Below, in pieces: positions 46,700-54,410 of a DNA stretch of 54,410 bases. The notes under the pieces are model-generated. The model had not been told where the DNA came from. It was given only the letters and a program-made list of their open reading frames with translations, and searched no databases. Position numbers and translations under genes: made by a program. Source of the stretch: Candidatus Peregrinibacteria bacterium CG10_big_fil_rev_8_21_14_0_10_49_10 (GTDB lineage: Bacteria > Patescibacteriota > Gracilibacteria > Peribacterales > Peribacteraceae); the NCBI GenBank assembly GCA_002772545.1, contig PFDR01000015.1, positions 1-54,410 on the forward strand. The letters are read 5' to 3'. How positions within the stretch are numbered: position 1 is the first letter of the stretch; every line of letters begins with the position of its first letter.

Positions 46700-46708
46700 T
46701 GGTACAAT
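46700..46708 (+). promoter_or_regulatory. Extended -10 element (TGgTACAAT) 6 nt upstream of the ATG at 46715
   Basis: Read directly from the sequence. TACAAT lies at 46703-46708. Confidence 0.4.
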
Positions 46709-46714
46709 AGTCTG

Positions 46715-47056
46715 ATGTCCAAAAATTACGACATACGACCAACATATATAGTGGAACTGGATAGTCGACTGAGTGACCAGTCCATACAGGCAGCAGTAGA
46801 GTCTGTATCCACCACACACAACTTGCTTCTACGGAAGGCAATGGGAATAACGAAACGGGGCAAGAGGGTACCTACCGTGGAGTTTTACGATTACGATCAG
46901 GACTTTTTCCGACGTAAAGAAGGCGAACGTTCCGAGAGTCAGCAAATGACCAAAGAGCATCTTTACACACTACTGGAAGAAGTTCTGCGACACGAATTGG
47001 ACCAGTTGGTAGAGGAAGAGCGTTCGGGATTTTGGAGTATTTTGAGGGCGGTCTGA
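46715..47056 (+). CDS. Hypothetical protein (113 aa)
   Basis: A clean ORF with an extended -10 element just upstream. No family was recognised. Confidence 0.5.
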   Translation: MSKNYDIRPTYIVELDSRLSDQSIQAAVESVSTTHNLLLRKAMGITKRGKRVPTVEFYDYDQDFFRRKEGERSESQQMTKEHLYTLLEEVLRHELDQLVEEERSGFWSILRAV

Positions 47057-47065
47057 TCTCATTTT

Positions 47066-47197
47066 GACCTCACCCCCAAACCCCCTCTCCTGGAGGGCTT
47101 CATACGTTGAAAGATAGACGATATGTTTATGTTTTCCCTGAGCCAACACGGAAGTGGAGGAGAGGGGTGCCCCGCACATGCGGGGCGGGGTGAGGTC
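47066..47197. mobile_element. MITE-like palindromic repeat element, copy 2 (132 bp, inverted relative to copy 1)
   Basis: The termini are gacctcacccc...ccccctctcc and ggagagggg...ggggtgaggtc. Relative to copy 1 it carries an extra internal hairpin, ccccgcacatgcgggg. The conserved blocks cccctctcctccacttcc and gccctccaggagaggggg are shared with copy 1 in reverse complement. Confidence 0.65.
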
Positions 47198-47280
47198 AAA
47201 AAATAAGGGTTCCAGAGAAAGAGAACGGTATTGGGGCGAGGTTGTTTAGACCCCGCCCCACCGTTTACGCTAACCGGTCT

Positions 47281-47838
47281 TTAGAGACCGGTCGGAAGCG
47301 CGCCGGTCTGGCTGTTCGCGTAAGCTGCCTCCTTATGGAGTACACCAGTTGCCTGCCTGCTGGCTACCAGTATTCCACCGGCATCGGTCGCCTCCGGAGT
47401 CGACTTGTGGTAATCACTAGCAATAGCATGCTCAGTGTTTTGGCCGGAGTCGGTTCGATGCTGCACAACGGTGCCGTTGTAGGTTGCCGTTGTGAGCGTC
47501 GGTGGAGCCGTGATGGTATCCGCATTCTCTGTGGATGCTGTCACGGTCGCTTGCCCGGTGTCGTATAAAGCATTCGTCTGCGCTTTCATAACGACATGTT
47601 CACCACTCATCGTACCTTCCGTAGTAGACAGGCCTGTCGCTTGATCGTAGACAGTGGCCACGTCGACTTTGTACTGCGCTTCACTCGTAATGGGCGTTGC
47701 CAAGCTGGGCTGCCCACTGTCCGTCGTCACCGCAGCTTGCGGTGTGGTCGTTACATCGTGCGATCCATACTGCACGAAACCGATCGAGAGTACCGCGATA
47801 ACTGCTAGCGCGGCTGTAAAAAACCTGAACTGCTTCAT
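47281..47838 (-). CDS. Secreted or anchored Thr-rich protein of unknown function (185 aa)
   Basis: The start MKQFRFFTAALAVIAVLSIGF (ATG at 47838) is preceded by GGAGAG with 7-nt spacing. The N-terminal signal or anchor helix is followed by Thr/Ala/Gln-rich sequence. Confidence 0.62.
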   Translation of the reverse strand: MKQFRFFTAALAVIAVLSIGFVQYGSHDVTTTPQAAVTTDSGQPSLATPITSEAQYKVDVATVYDQATGLSTTEGTMSGEHVVMKAQTNALYDTGQATVTASTENADTITAPPTLTTATYNGTVVQHRTDSGQNTEHAIASDYHKSTPEATDAGGILVASRQATGVLHKEAAYANSQTGALPTGL

Positions 47839-48373
47839 TGGATTTCTCTCCGTTGAAGTTATGGAAACGTACGTACGTACACAGTGGCTCTCAGACCATT
47901 CTAAGGGACTCACATACTCGAGCCATCTGTCTGTTCCGGAAAGTTCAGACAGATTGTACCAAAGCCCCTCTCTGCACCCAATTTCCTTTCTAAGTAGCAG
48001 GCCAAACGTAATAAACGAACATATAGAGCACAACAGTATTTCCTTTAAAGCGGTTTACATTCGACTTTTGTTTCGCCGGTACTAAAACTCCTGTACGAAA
48101 AAGAAACACAATTGTGCCCTACATGCCTGTATTCTCTAAATCTCTGGAACCCATGGTGTAAAAGAACACCGGGCTTTCGCCCACAAAAGGGCAAAAGGTT
48201 ATACGAAAGTTAACCGCTGAGTCGCGTTGTGTCAATCCCTGAGGGAAAACTCGTCTGGAAAATTATTTAAAGAAATAATGGAGATTTTGTCAATTTTTCA
48301 CCAGAATATCGGGCAGAGCACATTTGTGCTTTGTTGTGGATTTTTTGTTCTTTTAATCCATAGAAGGAGGTGG

Positions 48374-49408
48374 ATGATGACTTCATCTACGAGTTCAGAT
48401 CTTGCTACAGTTTCACTCTCGAATTTTGCTGATGAGATGACTCCAGATTTTCGGGGTCAGATTACTTCCACATTAGCTCTTGGCATGCGCAGCATGAGCA
48501 TCCGTTCCGGGGATGTCCTTGGTACCGGAGAGTCCAAAAATGTCATGCTCTGGTCGCAAGATGAGCTGAAGAAGGCGCAGCAGATGCTTACAAGCAGCGG
48601 TGTCTTTATCGCAGAGGTGGGTTCTCCTATTGGCAAGGTCAAACTTGTAGACGTGGAGGACGGCACAAAAAACCGTTTCGTGCCTTTTCAAAGGTATCTT
48701 GATGAGGATGTGAGACGTGCACTGGATCTTGCTGGTTTCTTTGGTTGCAACAGGTTGCGTGGTTTCAGCTTCTACCCACCAAAAGGGTCGAATCCTGATG
48801 ATTACTTTAACCAGGCAGCCGACCAGGTTGCAGCTATCGTGCAACTGTGTGCTGCCCGCAGGATTCTGTACGGTTGTGAAGTCGAGGCAAATCTGGTGGG
48901 GGACAGGGCCGAACGTCTCATGCGCCTACGTGAACATGTAGGTAGCCCATGGTTCCGACTGGTTTTTGATCCGGCGAACATCACGTGCCAGAACCTGAAG
49001 GAGGTGGCCGCAATGGACTTTAAGGCGTTACGCTTTCTGCTGGGTTGGTTCCATGCCAAGGAGTATAAGGTAGATCCAAATGTCACGTGGAAAGGTCACG
49101 TGGATGAAGAAACGCTCAAGAACTTTGTTCCTCTGGGCTACGGGAATAGTGGCTATGACCAGATTGTTTATTCTCTGGCGCGAGCTCTGCCCACTCTGCA
49201 TACCGATCTGAACGCATTGGACATACCCAGTTTCCTCATAACCCTCGAGCCGCATTTGCGGCGTGGGGGACAGTTTGGAGGCTACACCGGGCCCGATGGT
49301 ATGCGTGTTGCTCTGCAGGCACTGCTTACGGTTCTTGCGACGCATAACATTGAAACCGACCTCATTCAATGGGAAGAAGTAAAACGCACACCGGAATTTA
49401 GGATCTAA
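48374..49408 (+). CDS. Xylose-isomerase-like TIM-barrel protein (sugar phosphate isomerase/epimerase family)
   Basis: An AGGAGG Shine-Dalgarno lies 4 nt upstream of the ATG at 48374. The pattern of beta-strand-end residues (..RGFSFYPP.., ..YGCEVEANLV.., ..RLVFDPANI.., ..WFHAKEY.., ..ITLEPH) is typical of this fold. Confidence 0.75.
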   Translation: MMTSSTSSDLATVSLSNFADEMTPDFRGQITSTLALGMRSMSIRSGDVLGTGESKNVMLWSQDELKKAQQMLTSSGVFIAEVGSPIGKVKLVDVEDGTKNRFVPFQRYLDEDVRRALDLAGFFGCNRLRGFSFYPPKGSNPDDYFNQAADQVAAIVQLCAARRILYGCEVEANLVGDRAERLMRLREHVGSPWFRLVFDPANITCQNLKEVAAMDFKALRFLLGWFHAKEYKVDPNVTWKGHVDEETLKNFVPLGYGNSGYDQIVYSLARALPTLHTDLNALDIPSFLITLEPHLRRGGQFGGYTGPDGMRVALQALLTVLATHNIETDLIQWEEVKRTPEFRI

Positions 49409-49433
49409 TCCGGAGAAGGTACAAATCCACAAC

Positions 49434-49471
49434 AACCCGTTGCTTGCGCAAGTAAGCAGCGGGTTTTGTTG
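49434..49471. terminator. Rho-independent terminator between convergent genes
   Basis: A 12-bp stem (cccgttgcttgc / gtaagcagcggg, with two G-U wobble pairs) closes a GCAA tetraloop. It is followed by ttttgttg. Confidence 0.7.
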
Positions 49472-49514
49472 TACACCAAAAAATTGGACTCTTCTCTTCC
49501 AGGAAATTCCTCCA

Positions 49515-50264
49515 CTACAGTGCTACGCCCACTATGTTTCTGAGGAGTACGCCTATGCCGTAGGCAACCAATGCTCCCACTGCACCTATACTTATGACTT
49601 CTATGGGTCCCCGTAGCAGGCGTTCTCTGGTAATGATGCTGCGTGTAAAGCCAAGAATCGTGAGTGCCACAGCTGTAGAGGCAATGGCAATAGGAAAGCG
49701 CCGGGCAGGTTCTATGGTAAAGAGGTAGGGGAGGAGAGGAATGCTACCAAACATCACAAACGAACAGAAGGTAAATATGCCGCTTCGAATGGGGTTTTCA
49801 TAGGAGCTTTCAGTCATGCCGTGCTCACTCTGCATCATAATGTCCGCCCAGAGTTCACGGTGCGACGTAATGGCGGCGGTCACTGTTTCCAGTTTTTCAC
49901 CTGTGATTCCTTTTTCCCTTAGGTACTCACGAATTTCCTCGCGTTCAATCTCCGGTATGTTCTCTATTTCTTCCAGCTCTTCTTTGCGGAGTCGACGGTA
50001 CTGGTCGAGCTCGGATTTCATAGAAAGGTAGGCTCCGGTTGCCATGGAAGTTCCGTCTGCAAACAGGTTGGCAAGTCCTAAAATGATAATGACGTAGCGG
50101 GGCATATCTGCACCCACGGTTCCTGCAACCACGGCAAAGGTAGTCACAATGCCATCGTTTCCTCCATACACAATATCCTGAATATGGGAACCCAGTCGGT
50201 TGCCGTGTTTTTCTTCCTGTTGGTGCTTGCGGAGTGCCTTCTGCAGATTCTCCTGTTGTTCCAT
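49515..50264 (-). CDS. VIT1/CCC1-family iron/manganese transporter
   Basis: The VIT signature is [26 protein letters not shown] cytoplasmic metal-binding helical region rich in Glu ([21 protein letters not shown]) and C-terminal TM helices are present. The start is the ATG at 50264. Confidence 0.88.
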   Translation of the reverse strand: MEQQENLQKALRKHQQEEKHGNRLGSHIQDIVYGGNDGIVTTFAVVAGTVGADMPRYVIIILGLANLFADGTSMATGAYLSMKSELDQYRRLRKEELEEIENIPEIEREEIREYLREKGITGEKLETVTAAITSHRELWADIMMQSEHGMTESSYENPIRSGIFTFCSFVMFGSIPLLPYLFTIEPARRFPIAIASTAVALTILGFTRSIITRERLLRGPIEVISIGAVGALVAYGIGVLLRNIVGVAL

Positions 50265-50382
50265 GCTTTTAGAGTACCAAAGACCTTTGACTGCCGATAG
50301 AGATTGTGTTGAATACAAAATTTGTTCAAAAAAATCGGTTCAGTTTCAGCAAGAAACCATCTCTCAGTTGTATACGTTCTGG

Positions 50383-51366
50383 CTATGCTACTTTGTAGAC
50401 CTGTGGTGCCCTGCGTGCAATTCTCCAGATGAAAAAGAGGCTCAGACTCAGTACTGCCCACAGACCCGGACCGGTACGGGGCTGACTGAAAGGTTTCTGG
50501 ATTTCACGGCCGAGGGTGCCGTTGAGTGGAGCTACAGATCCTGCAAGTTGTGCAGGAGCTGCAGGTGGTCTGCCCGTTGTATCAAATGCAAAATTGTTTG
50601 TGTTACCCACGGTGTAGGGGTTGCTCGGCAAATTCGCAAGGTTGACCGGAGCGGGAGTGCTCGGAGATGCAGTGGTTTGTGCTCCTCCTGTCACATTGTC
50701 TGTTTCGAGCTGTTTGCGTATGGAGTTTAGCAGTGACTGCTGTGCAACGGATATCACCTCCATATTTTCATCGGGATTTCCGGCCATAAGGTCAAAGGTG
50801 TCTATGGGGTTTTCTTTGCTACCCGCAAGAGGCGCGCCTGCTGGTGTGGTACTTACTTCTGTTCCAGGAATCGGGTCACCTGCAACGGTAATGGTACCTA
50901 CCAGATTGGGATCTGTAGGAGAGAAGTACTCGTACTCTCCGGCAGGAATGTTCCCGGGGATGGTGTAGCTGGCACTGTCACCCTGAAACATAGTTGCGGT
51001 GCTCAAACAATCATCTGCAGGTGTACAGAGGGTATCGGAGATAATGTACTGCGGTACAGCCAGTTCATTGTTCCACGTCACTGTTTCACCGGGTGCAGCG
51101 GTTACGGCCTTAGGTGAGAAACCCTTATCTGTAATGCGAATGCTTGATCCGGTACTGAGCTGTCCACGCAGATCCTGCACGCCGTGGAAAAAAAAGGTCG
51201 TTATTCCAACCACCAGCAGTATGCCCATGATGGCTGCCGGTTTCCGGGAGACAGGTTTTGTGTTGAGCGGTGCCTGTGTGTGTGCTTCCTGTTTATGCAC
51301 AGCGGCATGTACCGGGACCTCTTCTTCATCTGTGCTATGCCAATTGGGGTGAATGTCTTCGTTCAT
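50383..51366 (-). CDS. Membrane-anchored cupredoxin-like domain protein with a C-terminal sorting-signal-like tail
   Basis: An N-terminal TM helix is present. The cupredoxin pattern reads IRITDKGFSPKAVTAAPGETVTWNN....GEYEYFSPTDPNLVGTITV. The C-terminus is QPRTGPG, then a hydrophobic helix, then RIARR. Its ATG overlaps the stop of the upstream gene (ATGA at 51363-51366). Confidence 0.7.
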   Translation of the reverse strand: MNEDIHPNWHSTDEEEVPVHAAVHKQEAHTQAPLNTKPVSRKPAAIMGILLVVGITTFFFHGVQDLRGQLSTGSSIRITDKGFSPKAVTAAPGETVTWNNELAVPQYIISDTLCTPADDCLSTATMFQGDSASYTIPGNIPAGEYEYFSPTDPNLVGTITVAGDPIPGTEVSTTPAGAPLAGSKENPIDTFDLMAGNPDENMEVISVAQQSLLNSIRKQLETDNVTGGAQTTASPSTPAPVNLANLPSNPYTVGNTNNFAFDTTGRPPAAPAQLAGSVAPLNGTLGREIQKPFSQPRTGPGLWAVLSLSLFFIWRIARRAPQVYKVA

Positions 51367-52874
51367 GCAGAGGGTTGCTCAGTACAAACAGCCAATTGTC
51401 GTTTGGAAGCGAGAAATGTGCCTATGGCTGCGCAGAGCACAACCAGCATTGCCAGTGCGGAGGGCACCCCGGTGCTTCCCGGCACTGAAACAGCACCGTT
51501 TCCGGTAAGGTCTCCTATGGGATTTACTCCTCCGACTCCCTGCACAAGCGGTGCCGTAGAGGTAGCCGGATTACCAACTTCTACCGAAACTTCCGGGCTA
51601 AAGGCACTCTCTTCTTCGTCCGTATTTACGGCTCGAATAGCCAGGTAGTACGTTGCACCCAGCGGCAAGTTCCGTAGCACCACGCTCTGCATGTTTCCGC
51701 TGATGGTCTTGCGCTGAATGTATCTTCCGGATGTGGTGCCGTAGTAGATGTTGTACGCACTCAGAGAAGAGGAGTTCAGTGCATCCCACGCAAGAAAGAT
51801 GGAGCTTCCATCTGTGGTTACCCGCACATTGCGTACCTGCAGGAGTGCAAAGGCAGTGCGGTCGGCTCCCTGTGCCGGCGCTTGCTGCTGTACTGTTTCC
51901 CCCTCAGCACCACAGATGCCGTTCAGACAATTGTTGCTTCTGCAGTCACTGTTTTGCAGACAGGCATTGCCGTTCTCTACGGGACTAGGGGCATTTTCCT
52001 CGCTTGCAGAAGCAGAAGGAGCGGCAGTACCTCCAAGAAGATTATTTGCCACGGTGGGGTCTACCTCCGGTTGGTCGTTTCCTACATCTTCCAGCGGGAT
52101 GGGTGGGGGAGGGAGATCATCGGGAGAGAGACTGTCTCCTTCGTTTGCTACTGCACCCGATGCGGCCGGTTGCACATCAGCTCCCTCTCCTTCTCCAAAC
52201 AGCACATGCAAACCACCCGGCTCATCGCTGAGGAGTTCTTCGTCCGTGTCATTTTCTGTAGTGGTGACGGTCGTGTGGCCGTTGCGTTGTATGTCGTAGA
52301 AACTGATAAATGTGCCTGCGGCGGGCGCTATCTTGGCACGCAGTTGTACGCGTGCGACCGCAATGGTGCTCTTTGTATTGGCTCCATTCTCCTCGTTGGC
52401 TGCTTCTACCATGACGTATCCATTCTCTTCATCAAAGTCCGATTCACCGGGTGTGATAAGCGGGAAGTGTTCGGAAACCTCTATAGATACACCTTCAAAC
52501 ACATTGGTGTCGTATGCCAGCCATGCACGCACATGTTGCACGGCTTGCTTGGAGGGGTTTTGTACCACAATGTCAAAGTCCAGTGTGTCCCCCACAGCCA
52601 TGACTTTTGTTTTGAGTGTTTGGGGATCTTCTACCTGAAAGCTTGTGCAAATCTTTCCGTCACCCAATGTCACCATTTCTTCCAAGTCGGGTATGGGACC
52701 AAGCATGGTGTCTTCTTTCTCAGATTCAATCTGCTCGCAGTGCGGGCGAACGGTAAGCGAAACATCCTGCGTGGCTGCCTTCATGACCGTAGGGTTTGTA
52801 ACGGAGAAACCTACGAGAAGTACAAGTAGTTTTGCAGAGTGCTTGAGCCGGTTATGGCGTGTGTGTGAACCCAT
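51363..52874 (-). CDS. Surface protein: cohesin-like domain, acidic/Pro linker, Cys-knot motif, fibronectin type III domain, C-terminal anchor
   Basis: A signal peptide is present. The cohesin-like pattern is VGDTLDFDIVVQNPSKQAVQHVRAWLAYDTNVFEGVSIEV....ENGYVMVEAAN.....IAVARVQLRAKIAPAAGTFISF. The Cys motif is CLQNSDCRSNNCLNGIC. The FN3 region is VRVTTDGSSIFLAWDA....YNIYYGT....LPLGATYYLAIRAVN. The C-terminus is VPGSTG, then a TM helix, then KR. Confidence 0.75.
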   Translation of the reverse strand: MGSHTRHNRLKHSAKLLVLLVGFSVTNPTVMKAATQDVSLTVRPHCEQIESEKEDTMLGPIPDLEEMVTLGDGKICTSFQVEDPQTLKTKVMAVGDTLDFDIVVQNPSKQAVQHVRAWLAYDTNVFEGVSIEVSEHFPLITPGESDFDEENGYVMVEAANEENGANTKSTIAVARVQLRAKIAPAAGTFISFYDIQRNGHTTVTTTENDTDEELLSDEPGGLHVLFGEGEGADVQPAASGAVANEGDSLSPDDLPPPPIPLEDVGNDQPEVDPTVANNLLGGTAAPSASASEENAPSPVENGNACLQNSDCRSNNCLNGICGAEGETVQQQAPAQGADRTAFALLQVRNVRVTTDGSSIFLAWDALNSSSLSAYNIYYGTTSGRYIQRKTISGNMQSVVLRNLPLGATYYLAIRAVNTDEEESAFSPEVSVEVGNPATSTAPLVQGVGGVNPIGDLTGNGAVSVPGSTGVPSALAMLVVLCAAIGTFLASKRQLAVCTEQPSA

Positions 52875-52891
52875 GTCGTAATGGTCGTTCT

Positions 52892-53212
52892 TTACAGGGA
52901 AAGCTCCCTAAGGATGGCAATAGCATCATCCAAGGTGAGCAGACCGTCCTTATTGGGGTCGGCCTTAAGTTGCTCAGGGGTTGCCTGTACATATCCCCGT
53001 GCAATTTCCAGGATGATAATGGCATCCTGCACCGTGACTTTGCCGCTGCCATCCACGTCTCCGGGAAGTTGAATGCTTCCTGCTTGTATAAGAGAAACAG
53101 GTTGCATATCTCCCGCAGACCGGATGCCGAGCGAGAACGAGCTGACAACCGCAAGTGCCCCAAGAGAGAGCACATGCAGGTTCTGCCGTTTGAAAATGGA
53201 ATGAATGGACAT
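52892..53212 (-). CDS. Small secreted dockerin-only protein (signal peptide plus one type-I-like dockerin module)
   Basis: 106 aa. The two Ca-binding repeats are GDVDGSGKVTVQDAIIILEIARG and ADPNKDGLLTLDDAIAILREL, with the usual ~10-aa linker between them. Confidence 0.75.
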   Translation of the reverse strand: MSIHSIFKRQNLHVLSLGALAVVSSFSLGIRSAGDMQPVSLIQAGSIQLPGDVDGSGKVTVQDAIIILEIARGYVQATPEQLKADPNKDGLLTLDDAIAILRELSL

Positions 53213-53220
53213 TTCCTAGT

Positions 53221-53249
53221 AGTATAAAAGAAAAAGCCCTCTATCACAA
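53221..53249 (-). promoter_or_regulatory. Promoter of the dockerin/cohesin operon: TTGTGA, 17-nt spacer, TATACT, ending 8 nt before the ATG at 53212
   Basis: On the minus strand the -35 element is at 53244-53249 and the -10 element at 53221-53226. Confidence 0.45.
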
Positions 53250-53340
53250 TGCTGCAATCATTGACGTTCTACAGGAACATGATTGAATACCTTTTTTACA
53301 GACAGCATTCCAAACGTGGTTTACTGTATACTTCGCATCT

Positions 53341-54309
53341 ATGACACAGGTCCATATGCTTCTTGGGCAGAACAGTTATGCTCTTACGTTAGAGCGTCTC
53401 CGCTGGACGCGTGCATTTAAGGAAAAGCATGGAATAGAGAATCTAGCCTCTTTTCCCGCAAAGGAAGCTACATTTAGGCAATTGAGGGACGAAGTAAGTG
53501 TTGCTCCTTTTATAGCAGAAAAGCGCTTGATTGTAGTGGAAGGGGTACCAAAAGGGACCAAAGGAGAGGCCAAAGAGTTGGTGCAATCTATGCACCCGGA
53601 TGTTCTGTTGCTCTTTGTTCTGGAGTTAGATCCTACAAGAAAGGCGAAGTTGACAATTTTACAAAAAGAGATAAAAGAGCTTTCTCAGTGTATGGAGTTT
53701 CCGCTGCTTTCGCTCCCGAAGTTGCAACAGTGGATTCGCGAATCTGTAGCAGAACAGGGTGCCTCTATTACACAGAGTGCGTTACTTCTTCTCGTAGATT
53801 TAATAGGGGAGGACCAGTATCTCCTCAGCCAGGAGGTTCGTAAAATTGCCCTCTTTGCGCATGGAAGAGAAATACAGGAAGAGGATGTGCGTACCATGGT
53901 GGCCTGTTCTACAGAACGTGAAGTATGGAAGCTTATGGATTTTCTGGGTGCGGGGAACGTAGAAGAAGCCCTGCAGTACGTTCACAGTTTGCTCGAGAGG
54001 GGACTGAGTCCGCAGGCACTCTGGAGTACGTTTCTCTGGATGCTTTCACTCCTTGTACAGGTGGTCTCTTTGGTCGAGGAAGGGGAGACCAACGCCTGGA
54101 CTATTGCACGGGAACTCCATGCCTACGGGAGTTCCATACAGGCAATTTTGCCCTTTGCACGCAAGATGGATCGCGCCTTCCTCATCCGGATTTTGGATCA
54201 TGCGCTGGAAGCGGACAGAGGACTGAAAACCGGTGTGTATAAGGCAACGAGCGAAGCCCCTCAGGAACTCCTTGCACTCATCGATCGGTCTATTTTGTCT
54301 TTTGTGTAA
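53341..54309 (+). CDS. holA: DNA polymerase III subunit delta
   Basis: 322 aa. The N-terminal clamp-loader fold pattern (PFIAEKRLIVVEG...) and the central segment SALLLLVDLIGEDQYLLSQEVRKIALFA are typical of HolA. Confidence 0.82.
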   Translation: MTQVHMLLGQNSYALTLERLRWTRAFKEKHGIENLASFPAKEATFRQLRDEVSVAPFIAEKRLIVVEGVPKGTKGEAKELVQSMHPDVLLLFVLELDPTRKAKLTILQKEIKELSQCMEFPLLSLPKLQQWIRESVAEQGASITQSALLLLVDLIGEDQYLLSQEVRKIALFAHGREIQEEDVRTMVACSTEREVWKLMDFLGAGNVEEALQYVHSLLERGLSPQALWSTFLWMLSLLVQVVSLVEEGETNAWTIARELHAYGSSIQAILPFARKMDRAFLIRILDHALEADRGLKTGVYKATSEAPQELLALIDRSILSFV

Positions 54310-54410
54310 GTTAAACGATTGTAGGTAAAGTGGACATTTTTGCAGGCTGAAACACAGATCACTCGCCTCGTAGGAACTCCTCAATCATCGGTTGTTTCTG
54401 ATGGATTCTC

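Noticed and set aside
54046-54384. 112-aa minus-strand ORF at the window end
   Set aside because: It is mostly antisense to holA and has no supporting signals.

Overview
This is a chromosomal segment from a bacterium that uses the standard genetic code. Long ORFs stay intact with TGA, TAA and TAG all read as stops. I can support about 45 protein genes and 2 tRNAs, and I see no rRNA or CRISPR array. The housekeeping backbone is gyrB (5'-truncated at the window edge), hisS, pepP-like, ybaB, mltG, der, leuS, an RsmB/F-like methyltransferase, dnaG-rpoD, a UvrD-type helicase-nuclease, rdgB, ftsK, a DEAD-box helicase and holA. Several envelope and accessory modules sit between these genes. (1) 5.9-15.5 kb holds a T4SS-pilin-like gene, a PKD surface protein with a repeated PxWL tail, two peptidoglycan-lytic enzymes and a membrane-anchored VirD4/VirB4-type ATPase. 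(2) 50.4-53.2 kb is an operon of a dockerin-only protein, a cohesin-like/FN3 anchored protein and a cupredoxin-like protein that appears to lack its copper ligands. (3) There is a MacA/MacB-type efflux locus with a duplicated permease. (4) Two single-gene insertions are flanked by duplicated 3' ends, one of tRNA-His (GIY-YIG gene) and one of hisS (membrane protein gene). (5) A 115-132 bp MITE-like palindromic element occurs in two copies in opposite orientation. (6) A 59-aa ORF below the ORF-track cutoff overlaps a retropepsin-like protease gene. Many genes carry a -10-like hexamer 6-10 nt upstream of the start codon, which suggests leaderless transcripts are common here. The gene content (T4SS-pilin-like protein, DUF378 pair, orphan PurD-like enzyme) resembles an uncultivated CPR/Patescibacteria-like bacterium. 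That assignment is inference only. All family calls come from motif recognition by eye, because no searches could be run.
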